Below, piece after piece: positions 56,439-64,000 of a DNA stretch of 64,000 nucleotides. The DNA comes from a virus. Taxonomy: Duplodnaviria > Caudoviricetes. Where the stretch lies: IMG/VR virus record IMGVR_UViG_3300046028_001578, positions 486-64,485 of that record; one strand, given 5' to 3'. The translations under genes and the position numbers were made by a program. The notes below the pieces were generated by a model. The model saw only the letters and a program-made list of their open reading frames with translations. It was not told the origin of the DNA and did no database searches. Positions within the stretch are counted from its first letter, which is position 1. The number at the start of each line of letters is the position of its first letter.

Positions 56439-57081
56439 TTAATGCCATCCATGATATGGGGAATGCTCTAGCACAGCAATCAGATATTGCAAGTGCTACT
56501 TGTCGGCACTCATCCTGTGCGTGTGGGTCAAGACGGAGCTGACATACCCTGTTGAAACCATAGAGTGAACCAGTCCAATACCACTCAGTCATCATAGACT
56601 GTGGTAGTACTGTCCTTGCTTGCTCAGGACAGACACCCTCATACAGCATGAGCTTGTAAGTACTGAGAGAAGATTTAATTGATTCATTATAACACTGTTG
56701 TACTAATGCGCTATCCTTCACATACTCAGAGGAGGAGCCTTGCTTCTTGTTCTCTGCTGCTGCCCTCCAGTTACTCTGTGGTGACCAGAAGGTAGGCTCA
56801 TAGTCTACATACCGTCTACTAACTTCGTTCCATGCGAAGCCAACCTGATGCTTGGCTAGCTGCCTTGCAACAAAGATCGGAGCCTTGATATGGAACTGCA
56901 GGGTACAATGGGCAAACGGACTCCAATGCTTATGCTTAGCGAGATAAGTAATAAGCTTTATATTCTGTAGCTCAGTGTAGTTGGCTGCTTCCTTAGCGAA
57001 AGAAACACGAGCAGCATCTACTACGGTATTATCACTACCCATTTTGAGTAAGTGTTTTACGGACATCTCTTCGTATATCAT
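56422..57081 (-). CDS. thyX: flavin-dependent thymidylate synthase
   Basis: AARVSF, HWSPF, ARQLAKH...NEVSRRY, EQARTVLP, LR..PHAQ. Confidence 0.97.
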   Translation of the reverse strand: MIYEEMSVKHLLKMGSDNTVVDAARVSFAKEAANYTELQNIKLITYLAKHKHWSPFAHCTLQFHIKAPIFVARQLAKHQVGFAWNEVSRRYVDYEPTFWSPQSNWRAAAENKKQGSSSEYVKDSALVQQCYNESIKSSLSTYKLMLYEGVCPEQARTVLPQSMMTEWYWTGSLYGFNRVCQLRLDPHAQDECRQVALAISDCCARAFPISWMALNGSLG

Positions 57082-57113
57082 ACTTTTGTTTCTCCGATAA
57101 GTGTTTTACTTAG

Positions 57114-57147
57114 AAAAAAGGAAGGGGGATTTCTCCCCCTCCCTTCC
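57114..57147 (-). terminator. intrinsic terminator-like hairpin
   Basis: GGGAGGGGGA-GAAA-TCCCCCTTCC followed by TTTTTT. Confidence 0.75.
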
Positions 57148-57230
57148 TATGGTGGTGACAATAAAGTCAACGGATCTATCTCAGTCAACAAGTGCCGGAC
57201 TGCAGGGACTAAGACCGATCAATACACCAG

Positions 57231-57623
57231 TTATAGGTTGCTTACTGACAGAGTGAAGTAACCATCTTCACCTGTTGCTGCCCATTGCTTTGTTACATTT
57301 AGGGAAATGATTTGAGAGTCATCTTCCCAAACCTTCTTGTTCATTGTATCAAGTATAGCTTTAGCAAAGTTATCAATATCAGGGCGAGGAGCATCTAACT
57401 CAGTAGACTTAGGCTTCTTAACATAGAGTTCAATGTCAACAGCAAGAGAACCAGTAAGGGGTACTAGGTCTGTGCCTAGTATATCCCATACTACCTCTGC
57501 TGCTTTCTCTCTGAACTCTTTATAAGTACCTGTATAATACGCTCCCCATTTACCGACCCTAGGTCTTGATGCGGCAACTGGATTCAGATTAAATCTCCAT
57601 TGATTAGAATGGGAGATCTTCAT
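57231..57623 (-). CDS. rusA: RusA-family Holliday junction resolvase
   Basis: PVAASRPR, RPDIDNFAKAILD, WEDDSQI; start MKISH overlaps the SSB tail. Confidence 0.9.
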   Translation of the reverse strand: MKISHSNQWRFNLNPVAASRPRVGKWGAYYTGTYKEFREKAAEVVWDILGTDLVPLTGSLAVDIELYVKKPKSTELDAPRPDIDNFAKAILDTMNKKVWEDDSQIISLNVTKQWAATGEDGYFTLSVSNL

Positions 57624-58146
57624 CCTCTGTTTCCTCAACATCAACAAGTGTTGGTATAGCCTTAGATGGAGCAGCGGTTGACACAAAGCCACCATCTACT
57701 GCATCAAAACCTGAACCACCTGTAATGTTGTTGGCATTCTTCTCAATGATCTGAATGCCATTTAAGTACACACTAAGACTATTGTCCCGTGTGATAATAC
57801 ATGGTGCAAGTTTAAGTCTTACCTTATCTCCACCAAACGGTACGGTATCGGTTGGGGTAGCCTGTGAATCAACACAAGGGAACTTACCTTCCTCTACATG
57901 TACTCGGCTCTTAGCCTTGAAGGTACGCAATCCATCCTTCTCCATGATACCATTGATCTTAGTAGCACCTGACTTCTTAAGGATATCCTTGAGAACCTTA
58001 TCAAGTGTCTTGTCTAAGACAACAGTAATGTTATGGTTGGCAGATGCCTCACCGAAAGCAATGTCTGGCTTAAGTAGATTGCTCCACTTAACTTCGACTA
58101 CTTCAGTTACAAACTGTGGCATCTTCTTTAACTTGCTCTTGTTCAT
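57604..58146 (-). CDS. single-stranded DNA-binding protein (T7 gp2.5-like)
   Basis: KPD, SVYLNGIQII, acidic tail ending EDEDLPF. Confidence 0.9.
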   Translation of the reverse strand: MNKSKLKKMPQFVTEVVEVKWSNLLKPDIAFGEASANHNITVVLDKTLDKVLKDILKKSGATKINGIMEKDGLRTFKAKSRVHVEEGKFPCVDSQATPTDTVPFGGDKVRLKLAPCIITRDNSLSVYLNGIQIIEKNANNITGGSGFDAVDGGFVSTAAPSKAIPTLVDVEETEDEDLPF

Positions 58147-58339
58147 TCGTAGTTTCCTTATTTAATGATGCGTTGATATTGTCAACTTGCATATTCAAAT
58201 CCATTACAATAGTATTCATGCCAGATGCGAGTTGACTTAAGCCAGCCGAAAGCTGACTAAGATACGCAACAACACTATCGGTACGGATAGCAGGAACTTG
58301 TTCCTTTGTTTCAGTCTCGGTATTAGTTTCAGTATTCAT
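58103..58339 (-). CDS. hypothetical coiled-coil protein
   Basis: AAAGGAGG RBS directly after a promoter copy. Confidence 0.7.
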   Translation of the reverse strand: MNTETNTETETKEQVPAIRTDSVVAYLSQLSAGLSQLASGMNTIVMDLNMQVDNINASLNKETTNEQEQVKEDATVCN

Positions 58340-58365
58340 ATTTCCTCCTTTCTAAAAAATAATAT

Positions 58366-58401
58366 CTTCTATAGCCCCAACTATAGGGCTTATTGGGGCT
58401 A
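58366..58401 (-). promoter_or_regulatory. putative phage RNAP promoter (TATAGTTGGGGCTATAGAAG) embedded in a 9-bp inverted repeat
   Basis: Core at 58372-58384; tagccccaa (58372-80) pairs with ttggggcta (58393-401). Confidence 0.75.
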
Positions 58402-58404
58402 ATG

Positions 58405-58974
58405 TTAAGTCTTTTGATTTACCACCATGTCTGTCCATGTAGGGATCCGGGCGAGGATGAACAGAGAAATCTCTGTGCCTTCCTTAAATCCTAGGATCTC
58501 ACATAAGACTGCACTATACATAGCAGCGTTGGGGTAAATGTTTTTCTGAGTTTGCTGACCAATAATACTCTTGATCTCTTGTATTCTAAAGTGATACCAC
58601 GGATGGTACGCTTCGATATAGTTTGCTACATCTTGCCAAGCCGGGTCAATGCCATCCTTATAGAATGAATTACCAAAGCCAGCAATAGGAATCTTCCTAT
58701 TAAGGAGGTCTACTATATCTCTAGTAGATGTGATCAACATCAGACGAGCCTCAGAGATGGGCGCATGATAGACACCAAGAGTTAGGATAGCCGAAGCTAA
58801 TGCATTCTCTAAGCGTCCTGTTGTACCACTTGCATTAAGACATGCCATTGAACTAGCGTTAGGATTATTCCTTGCTGAGTTAGCATGTGCTTCTATCACC
58901 ATGTTTAATAAGACTTGGTGATTAATAGAACCATGCGGTTCAACTACATAGGGTAGATCAACTGTTATTTTCAT
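58405..58974 (-). CDS. short citrate-synthase / citryl-CoA-lyase-like protein with divergent active site
   Basis: NASS, ALASAILTLG.YHA, IAGFGN..YK..DP, YPNAA, LFILAR...W align with citrate synthase C-terminal motifs. Confidence 0.75.
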   Translation of the reverse strand: MKITVDLPYVVEPHGSINHQVLLNMVIEAHANSARNNPNASSMACLNASGTTGRLENALASAILTLGVYHAPISEARLMLITSTRDIVDLLNRKIPIAGFGNSFYKDGIDPAWQDVANYIEAYHPWYHFRIQEIKSIIGQQTQKNIYPNAAMYSAVLCEILGFKEGTEISLFILARIPTWTDMVVNQKT

Positions 58975-59627
58975 AGTGGCATCAGTTCTAAATAGGGTGC
59001 GCCATTAATGACAACACCACAACTAATCACAGGCTTCTTGATATTGTTCTCACCATACTTCATGCCGATGTGCTTGCGGTCTACACCACAACCTACATTC
59101 ATACCGAAGATAGCATTGAGAGGGCTGACCTGCCAGTTAATACCAGCACATGAGTGATGATGCCCTGCTACAACGGACATACCAAGTGCCTTGGCTGTGT
59201 TGAATGATGGGTACATACTAGAGCCACCAGTACCATGATGATAGAAGACTCTATCAACGGTGTGGTTCTTTACCCATGACCACTTAGTATTGTAGACCTC
59301 ATTATAAGTCTTCAAGTAAAAGTCAGGGATACCTGCATCACCTGCAAGGCGAAGCACACGCTCATCATGGTTACCAATGGTAACTACCATGTTCTTAAAG
59401 GTAGACTTCCATTCCTTAATCTGTTCCATTGCATTGCGATACTCACTCACCGCACCCGGATGATCCGGATGCTTAGCATGGAAGCTAATGCAATGGTGAT
59501 CAACGATGTCACCGATATGTACGATGGTGTCACACTTATACTCTGCCTTGATATCCTTCACGAACTGAAGGTAACCATCAAGGACAGCAGGGAAATGTGT
59601 ATCACCTATTACTAATACTCTACTCAC
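58971..59627 (-). CDS. calcineurin-like metallophosphoesterase
   Basis: GDTH, GDIVD, GNHD, HG, GHHH. Confidence 0.92.
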   Translation of the reverse strand: MSRVLVIGDTHFPAVLDGYLQFVKDIKAEYKCDTIVHIGDIVDHHCISFHAKHPDHPGAVSEYRNAMEQIKEWKSTFKNMVVTIGNHDERVLRLAGDAGIPDFYLKTYNEVYNTKWSWVKNHTVDRVFYHHGTGGSSMYPSFNTAKALGMSVVAGHHHSCAGINWQVSPLNAIFGMNVGCGVDRKHIGMKYGENNIKKPVISCGVVINGAPYLELMPL

Positions 59628-59851
59628 TTATGGTTTCTCCACTTGTATGCATCTTTCCATTGTTGTGCAACGGATGGCATAGGCTCACGACCTGCTTCAA
59701 CAATAGGTGCATAGAGATCAATGAGTCCATCAAAGTGATCCTTCTGCAGTTGATTCCAACTATCGTAGAGATCACCATCTCTCCACTTCTGTCCTGTCAA
59801 TCGCCTATGTGGCTTCAAGTTCTGTAACACAGTCATCTTAATCGCTGTCAT
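59624..59851 (-). CDS. hypothetical protein
   Basis: Start MTAIK behind AAGGAG. Confidence 0.6.
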   Translation of the reverse strand: MTAIKMTVLQNLKPHRRLTGQKWRDGDLYDSWNQLQKDHFDGLIDLYAPIVEAGREPMPSVAQQWKDAYKWRNHK

Positions 59852-60077
59852 CAGGTTCTCCTTCAATAAAAATTTCTACATTCATGTTTGGTTGCGGCTC
59901 TATGTTTCGCATAGAGAAGTCTAGGTACGCAGCTTGTAAGAAGATATCACTAAGGGCTTCCGTTGGAAACCAAAAGGATATTCTCTTTTTCTTTTTAACA
60001 GATGCAGCTAAGGCAGTAAACAATCTTACTGCTTCTTCTAGATCACCCTCACTAGTAACTTTAAATACCTTAGTCAT
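59838..60077 (-). CDS. hypothetical protein
   Basis: ATGA-coupled to the RNAP gene. Confidence 0.65.
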   Translation of the reverse strand: MTKVFKVTSEGDLEEAVRLFTALAASVKKKKRISFWFPTEALSDIFLQAAYLDFSMRNIEPQPNMNVEIFIEGEPDDSD

Positions 60078-62545
60078 TGGAAGAAATACTCCGCATCTAA
60101 AACATCCTTAATGTTTAATGAACCAGTAGGTGGTGCATCAGGTACTGTAATCTTTAATGCTTGGGATACTTCGATCCGCATGTCATCTAATAGGTTGGTA
60201 GTGTGCATTGCACAGAACTCTTCATTAGTAAACATACGCATTAGATTAACATCAGGTGCAGGACAACCATATGAATCATGGATCATACTGAACTGTTCAA
60301 TACCAGCACCAACCATTCTATATATGGTACACCACATATGACTTGCATCAAGTGAGTGAATATAGTTAGGGGAGATGGCTAGATTAACTGAGCCACCATC
60401 AATTGTTTCCTTATCGGGTGAGCCAAAGTGTAACTCTTTCATATCGAATAGCTTAGCGACTGATCGTCTAGTTAGTATCTCATAGTATTGGTGTACTACT
60501 TTAAACCCACACGGGGTAGTCCACTCAACATTCTTACCTAGTTCACTAGCCATATCAGCCACCACCTTGAGCCATGCCTTGCCCTTGTTAGCCTCGACCA
60601 ATGTACCCTTGAGGGCAGCATCAATGAAGGTAGCTAACTCGACAACAGCACCAGCAATCTCATCCTTACCAACCCAATCAAGGTGACCCTCAGTCTTACA
60701 GTACCTGCGAATACCATAGAAGGTAACACCATAGGGATCAGTCATTACTGCTCTCTTACAAACAGAGCGGTCAATGTCACCCTCCCAATACTCTATAAAT
60801 TTTTTCGCCCATTTTCCATTGTTAGTATCTGCATCCTGTACTGACACCATGTTAGATGTCATCACATCCGCAACATACTGATACAGGTCTTCGGGCTTGT
60901 TAGTGTGTATGAGGTTAACCTTCTTGGCAAGGTAAGGGTCACGCATAAGTGCAGCCCAATGCTGAACACCGTTACATGAACCATCCATTTGCACAGGCAC
61001 TTGAGTTAACCCATCAGTACGACACAGATCAAAGACAGCAGCGATACGCTGGAAGCTTGGATTCTTTTTCTTCTTATGTGATACCCACTCAGAGCGGGTA
61101 ACATAGGGATCATCATTGATTCTCTTAAGCATGTCCATGTTATCATCGACCCACTTAACTCGTTGATCAAAGGTTGTCTTGTCCTGATCGAATAGATTAG
61201 CGACATGAATCTTTAACCAATACAAACCAATGGATGTTTGTTTTCTTGGCTGAGCAAACTGAATAAGACCACGATCAAAGTCACTTGACTGTGGGCTGAG
61301 TAGATCACATGCTGCATTAGCACGACCACGGAAGTCACATGTATAGATATGATAGAAGAACTTCAAAGGGATTAATGATTGTGCCAGTTTAATCCGGACA
61401 AGCATACGACCTCGTGATCGTTCTTCCTTATACCAATTGCTATAGGTTTCTTCCTTGAGCTGACACCACTTAGCCTTCTCTTCCTTAGTCCCATCCTTAG
61501 GATAGGGATCAGCAAAGTCAAAGGCTGAGAAGTCATACACGGGAAGGTTAGCATCTCGTGTGTTGTTCTTAAAGAGTGCAGTCATTATCTCTAGCACTCG
61601 CTCATTGATAGACCATTCGGTATGCATCATAGCATTAAGACCAGTGACTACTATCTCTGATGGAAGGCTACCATTCTGGTGTACCTTCTCATCCCACATC
61701 ACATCCTTAAACTTCTGTACTACAGGCTTACGGATATGGGGTAGTAGATTCCCACCACTACTACTTAGAGTATGTTTAATTGGTGGGATAATCATTGGTC
61801 GATACAGCAGGGCAGCGGTAGCAATCACATCCTGATGACGCTTATTAAGTTCACTCAATATGTCATCAGTAAAGGTAACTACTACACGCTCACTCCACCG
61901 CTTGCCTGTATGCTTACGAATGTTCTTTAAGTTAATGACTTCGGACATCTCCGCTATGCGTAGCATGTGATGACCAAAGTCTTCGCGTTGTTTCCTTGAG
62001 AAGGTTTTCTTATTAAGAGTACCCATCTTGTAGGCAAACGCCTTGCATCTCTTAGTAGTCCACTTCTTCTGGTAGTGGGATTGCTTGAGCCAATCCTCAC
62101 GGAATTGTTTCTTAGCCTGTTGATAGGCTACAATCTCCACTACCATCTCAGATATAACATGTGCTATGTGTTGAGCAGTAGGCAATGGGAACAGATCGTT
62201 CTCATACTTACGCTCCCAGAAGGCAGAGTTAAACCATTCGAGAATCAGTGATCTAATAGTAATGTCTGCCATCTTAGCAGCACCAACAGCAAACAAAGGG
62301 AATGCCCATTCAGGTGTCTTCCTATTCTGTGATACCGTATCTATCCATTGCTGGTAGAAGGGTGTAAGATGGATGACACATGCGTCAATCAATGTTTGCT
62401 CAGGGATACCCTCATCAGGGTTAGCATTGTATGCATCCCAGTATTTATGTTCCGATAGGCAAAGCATATCTTCCTCAGAGATAACTTGTAATGCAGTTCT
62501 TTTATCTTGTTCTTCTTTAGATAATGAATCCCAAAGTTTAGACAT
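60074..62545 (-). CDS. single-subunit DNA-directed RNA polymerase (T7 gp1-like)
   Basis: PMIIPP, DFRGR, DGSCNGVQH, RSVCKRAVMTDPYG, PNYIHSLDA, IHDSYG, YFF near the C terminus. Confidence 0.98.
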   Translation of the reverse strand: MSKLWDSLSKEEQDKRTALQVISEEDMLCLSEHKYWDAYNANPDEGIPEQTLIDACVIHLTPFYQQWIDTVSQNRKTPEWAFPLFAVGAAKMADITIRSLILEWFNSAFWERKYENDLFPLPTAQHIAHVISEMVVEIVAYQQAKKQFREDWLKQSHYQKKWTTKRCKAFAYKMGTLNKKTFSRKQREDFGHHMLRIAEMSEVINLKNIRKHTGKRWSERVVVTFTDDILSELNKRHQDVIATAALLYRPMIIPPIKHTLSSSGGNLLPHIRKPVVQKFKDVMWDEKVHQNGSLPSEIVVTGLNAMMHTEWSINERVLEIMTALFKNNTRDANLPVYDFSAFDFADPYPKDGTKEEKAKWCQLKEETYSNWYKEERSRGRMLVRIKLAQSLIPLKFFYHIYTCDFRGRANAACDLLSPQSSDFDRGLIQFAQPRKQTSIGLYWLKIHVANLFDQDKTTFDQRVKWVDDNMDMLKRINDDPYVTRSEWVSHKKKKNPSFQRIAAVFDLCRTDGLTQVPVQMDGSCNGVQHWAALMRDPYLAKKVNLIHTNKPEDLYQYVADVMTSNMVSVQDADTNNGKWAKKFIEYWEGDIDRSVCKRAVMTDPYGVTFYGIRRYCKTEGHLDWVGKDEIAGAVVELATFIDAALKGTLVEANKGKAWLKVVADMASELGKNVEWTTPCGFKVVHQYYEILTRRSVAKLFDMKELHFGSPDKETIDGGSVNLAISPNYIHSLDASHMWCTIYRMVGAGIEQFSMIHDSYGCPAPDVNLMRMFTNEEFCAMHTTNLLDDMRIEVSQALKITVPDAPPTGSLNIKDVLDAEYFFQ

Positions 62546-62560
62546 GCATCTCCTTAGTTA

Positions 62561-62821
62561 TTAACTCCGATCAACAGCAATCAGTGCATCACCATGATGC
62601 CTACGGATATAGGCAGCAAGCCGCTTATATACAGCAGGGGTACACTTGAAGCTGATATCAAACGCATTATTATAGAATGCATATCCCGATCCCTCATAGG
62701 CTGTCATAAATGTTGGATCAGTATCCATGATATCCTCACGGACATCAAGGTAATCAACAGTGCCATCAAAGATGAACACATAGTAATACTTCTTAGCCTT
62801 CTTAGTTTTTGTCTTAGTCAT
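62561..62821 (-). CDS. hypothetical protein
   Basis: AAGGA RBS. Confidence 0.65.
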   Translation of the reverse strand: MTKTKTKKAKKYYYVFIFDGTVDYLDVREDIMDTDPTFMTAYEGSGYAFYNNAFDISFKCTPAVYKRLAAYIRRHHGDALIAVDRS

Positions 62822-62919
62822 AATGTTTCCTTAAAGAGTGATACAGTAGCAGCAAACGCAATAGACAGTAATGCAATCCCAAACATAAGAACAAACATGA
62901 TAGTAATAAACTCGATCAT
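62818..62919 (-). CDS. 33-aa single-TM peptide
   Basis: Read by hand; MIEFITIMFVLMFG...; AAGGA RBS; ATGA overlap with next gene. Confidence 0.5.
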   Translation of the reverse strand: MIEFITIMFVLMFGIALLSIAFAATVSLFKETL

Positions 62920-62927
62920 GTTAATCC

Positions 62928-63908
62928 TTAGACAAGGGTGAGTGCAAACTTCATCACATCCAAAGTAGTCTCTTGATTCTTACCAAGGAGATTACTAAAG
63001 GCAGACGATTCAAACGATGGCTTACGACCACGAGCAGGGATACGATGCTGCAGTTCCTTAGTTACTGCATTAGCAGCAAGCCACAGGTTAGCACTACATC
63101 CATTTAACTCAGCCCGTTCAGCATCAAAGGTATCAGCCCACTTGCGGATAGTTACAGTAGCACGGAGATAGTTCTCATAGTCATCGGGTAATGTTGGATT
63201 AGCCACAACTGGCTCTTCAACCATACCCCATACATCCAACCAGAACTTCTGGATCTCTGACTTAGTAAGTTCCTTACGAACAAGAGTTTGTACCTTATCT
63301 TCAAAGAGTTTACCGGACATAGCGTAGAACTTAAGGGCTGATGCCATAGCCTCACGCTTCTTCTTCATGTCACCTGAGTGTACAATACGGAAGGACTTCT
63401 TACCACCTGCCATAGCCATGCTCAATGTATTCTGACATACGATACGAACAGTAGTAGGTAGTGCTTGCTCAGCAAGAGTACCATCATGACTGTTAATGAG
63501 TGCCATATACTGTGCGATAGGATCATGTCCATTGACACCATCAATCTCGCCTGTCTTACACAAGACAACCAAACGCTTACCACCACCCATACTTAGAGCA
63601 GACTCAATCTTAATGTCAGCACCAAGATTGTATGCCATCTCAAAGACTTCACTATTCTGTACGATCTGATAGTCAGGTGATTGAATAGACAAGATAGCAT
63701 TGTTGTCACTACGAACAATAGCATTGTAGTCATCAGAGGTAGCATCACCTGCGGTTACTGGACCAACCTTACTAACAGTCCAGTCAAGACCAGCAATCTT
63801 CATTGCCTCAGTAGGTGACATATCTTCCTGAATAACCAAGCCAAGTCCATGCCATGCGGCAGTCTTACTATAGACTGCACCATCAGTATCTGTAATGTTA
63901 TGTGCCAT
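62928..63908 (-). CDS. DUF932 family protein (TIGR03299-like)
   Basis: AWHGLG, AGLDW, YQIVQN, INSHDG, RIVCQNTL, NLWLAANAVT. Confidence 0.88.
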   Translation of the reverse strand: MAHNITDTDGAVYSKTAAWHGLGLVIQEDMSPTEAMKIAGLDWTVSKVGPVTAGDATSDDYNAIVRSDNNAILSIQSPDYQIVQNSEVFEMAYNLGADIKIESALSMGGGKRLVVLCKTGEIDGVNGHDPIAQYMALINSHDGTLAEQALPTTVRIVCQNTLSMAMAGGKKSFRIVHSGDMKKKREAMASALKFYAMSGKLFEDKVQTLVRKELTKSEIQKFWLDVWGMVEEPVVANPTLPDDYENYLRATVTIRKWADTFDAERAELNGCSANLWLAANAVTKELQHRIPARGRKPSFESSAFSNLLGKNQETTLDVMKFALTLV

Positions 63909-64000
63909 TAGTTTCCTTTAGGGTTCTCTTCATCACGGTCTTGTGTATCAAGATGCCGTATCTTAGTCCGCTTGTACGGAGGTAACTTCTTCTTTGGCTT

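Noticed and set aside
5261-62941. Numerous other short plus-strand and alternative-frame ORFs in the track
   Set aside because: They overlap well-supported minus-strand genes and show no motifs or RBS
1-64000. Stop-codon reassignment
   Set aside because: Genes are full length under code 11, TAA/TGA/TAG all terminate genes, and no suppressor tRNA is present

Overview
A near-complete, circularly permuted genome of a T7-like (Autographiviridae-type) podophage with no integrase or repressor seen. Every credible gene lies on the minus strand. The probable genome ends fall in a non-coding stretch at about 6.1-7.1 kb. From there transcription runs through small early genes and four U34 tRNAs (6083 down to 1). 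It then presumably continues past the window edge into DUF932, single-subunit RNA polymerase, metallophosphoesterase, a citrate-synthase-like protein, SSB, RusA, ThyX, a deaminase, primase-helicase, family A DNA polymerase, dNMP kinase, exonuclease, dUTPase and class II RNR. The structural module follows: portal, a fibre-like cassette, scaffold, capsid, tail tubes, a 2223-aa fibre, membrane/lysis candidates, terminase, a sulfotransferase-like gene and four putative ejected core proteins ending in a 3269-aa giant. Most notable observations: (1) the giant core protein appears to contain an ECF-like sigma-70 module (regions 2 and 4) next to a zincin HExxH module; (2) a ~51-nt armless tRNA-Gln(UUG)-like hairpin sits inside the tRNA cluster; (3) the citrate-synthase homologue has substituted catalytic residues; (4) a repeated phage promoter core ATAGTTGGGGCTA occurs four times; (5) the early region has tandem paralog pairs and GNRA-hairpin-rich intergenic RNA. 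All family calls come from motif recognition by eye; no database searches were run.
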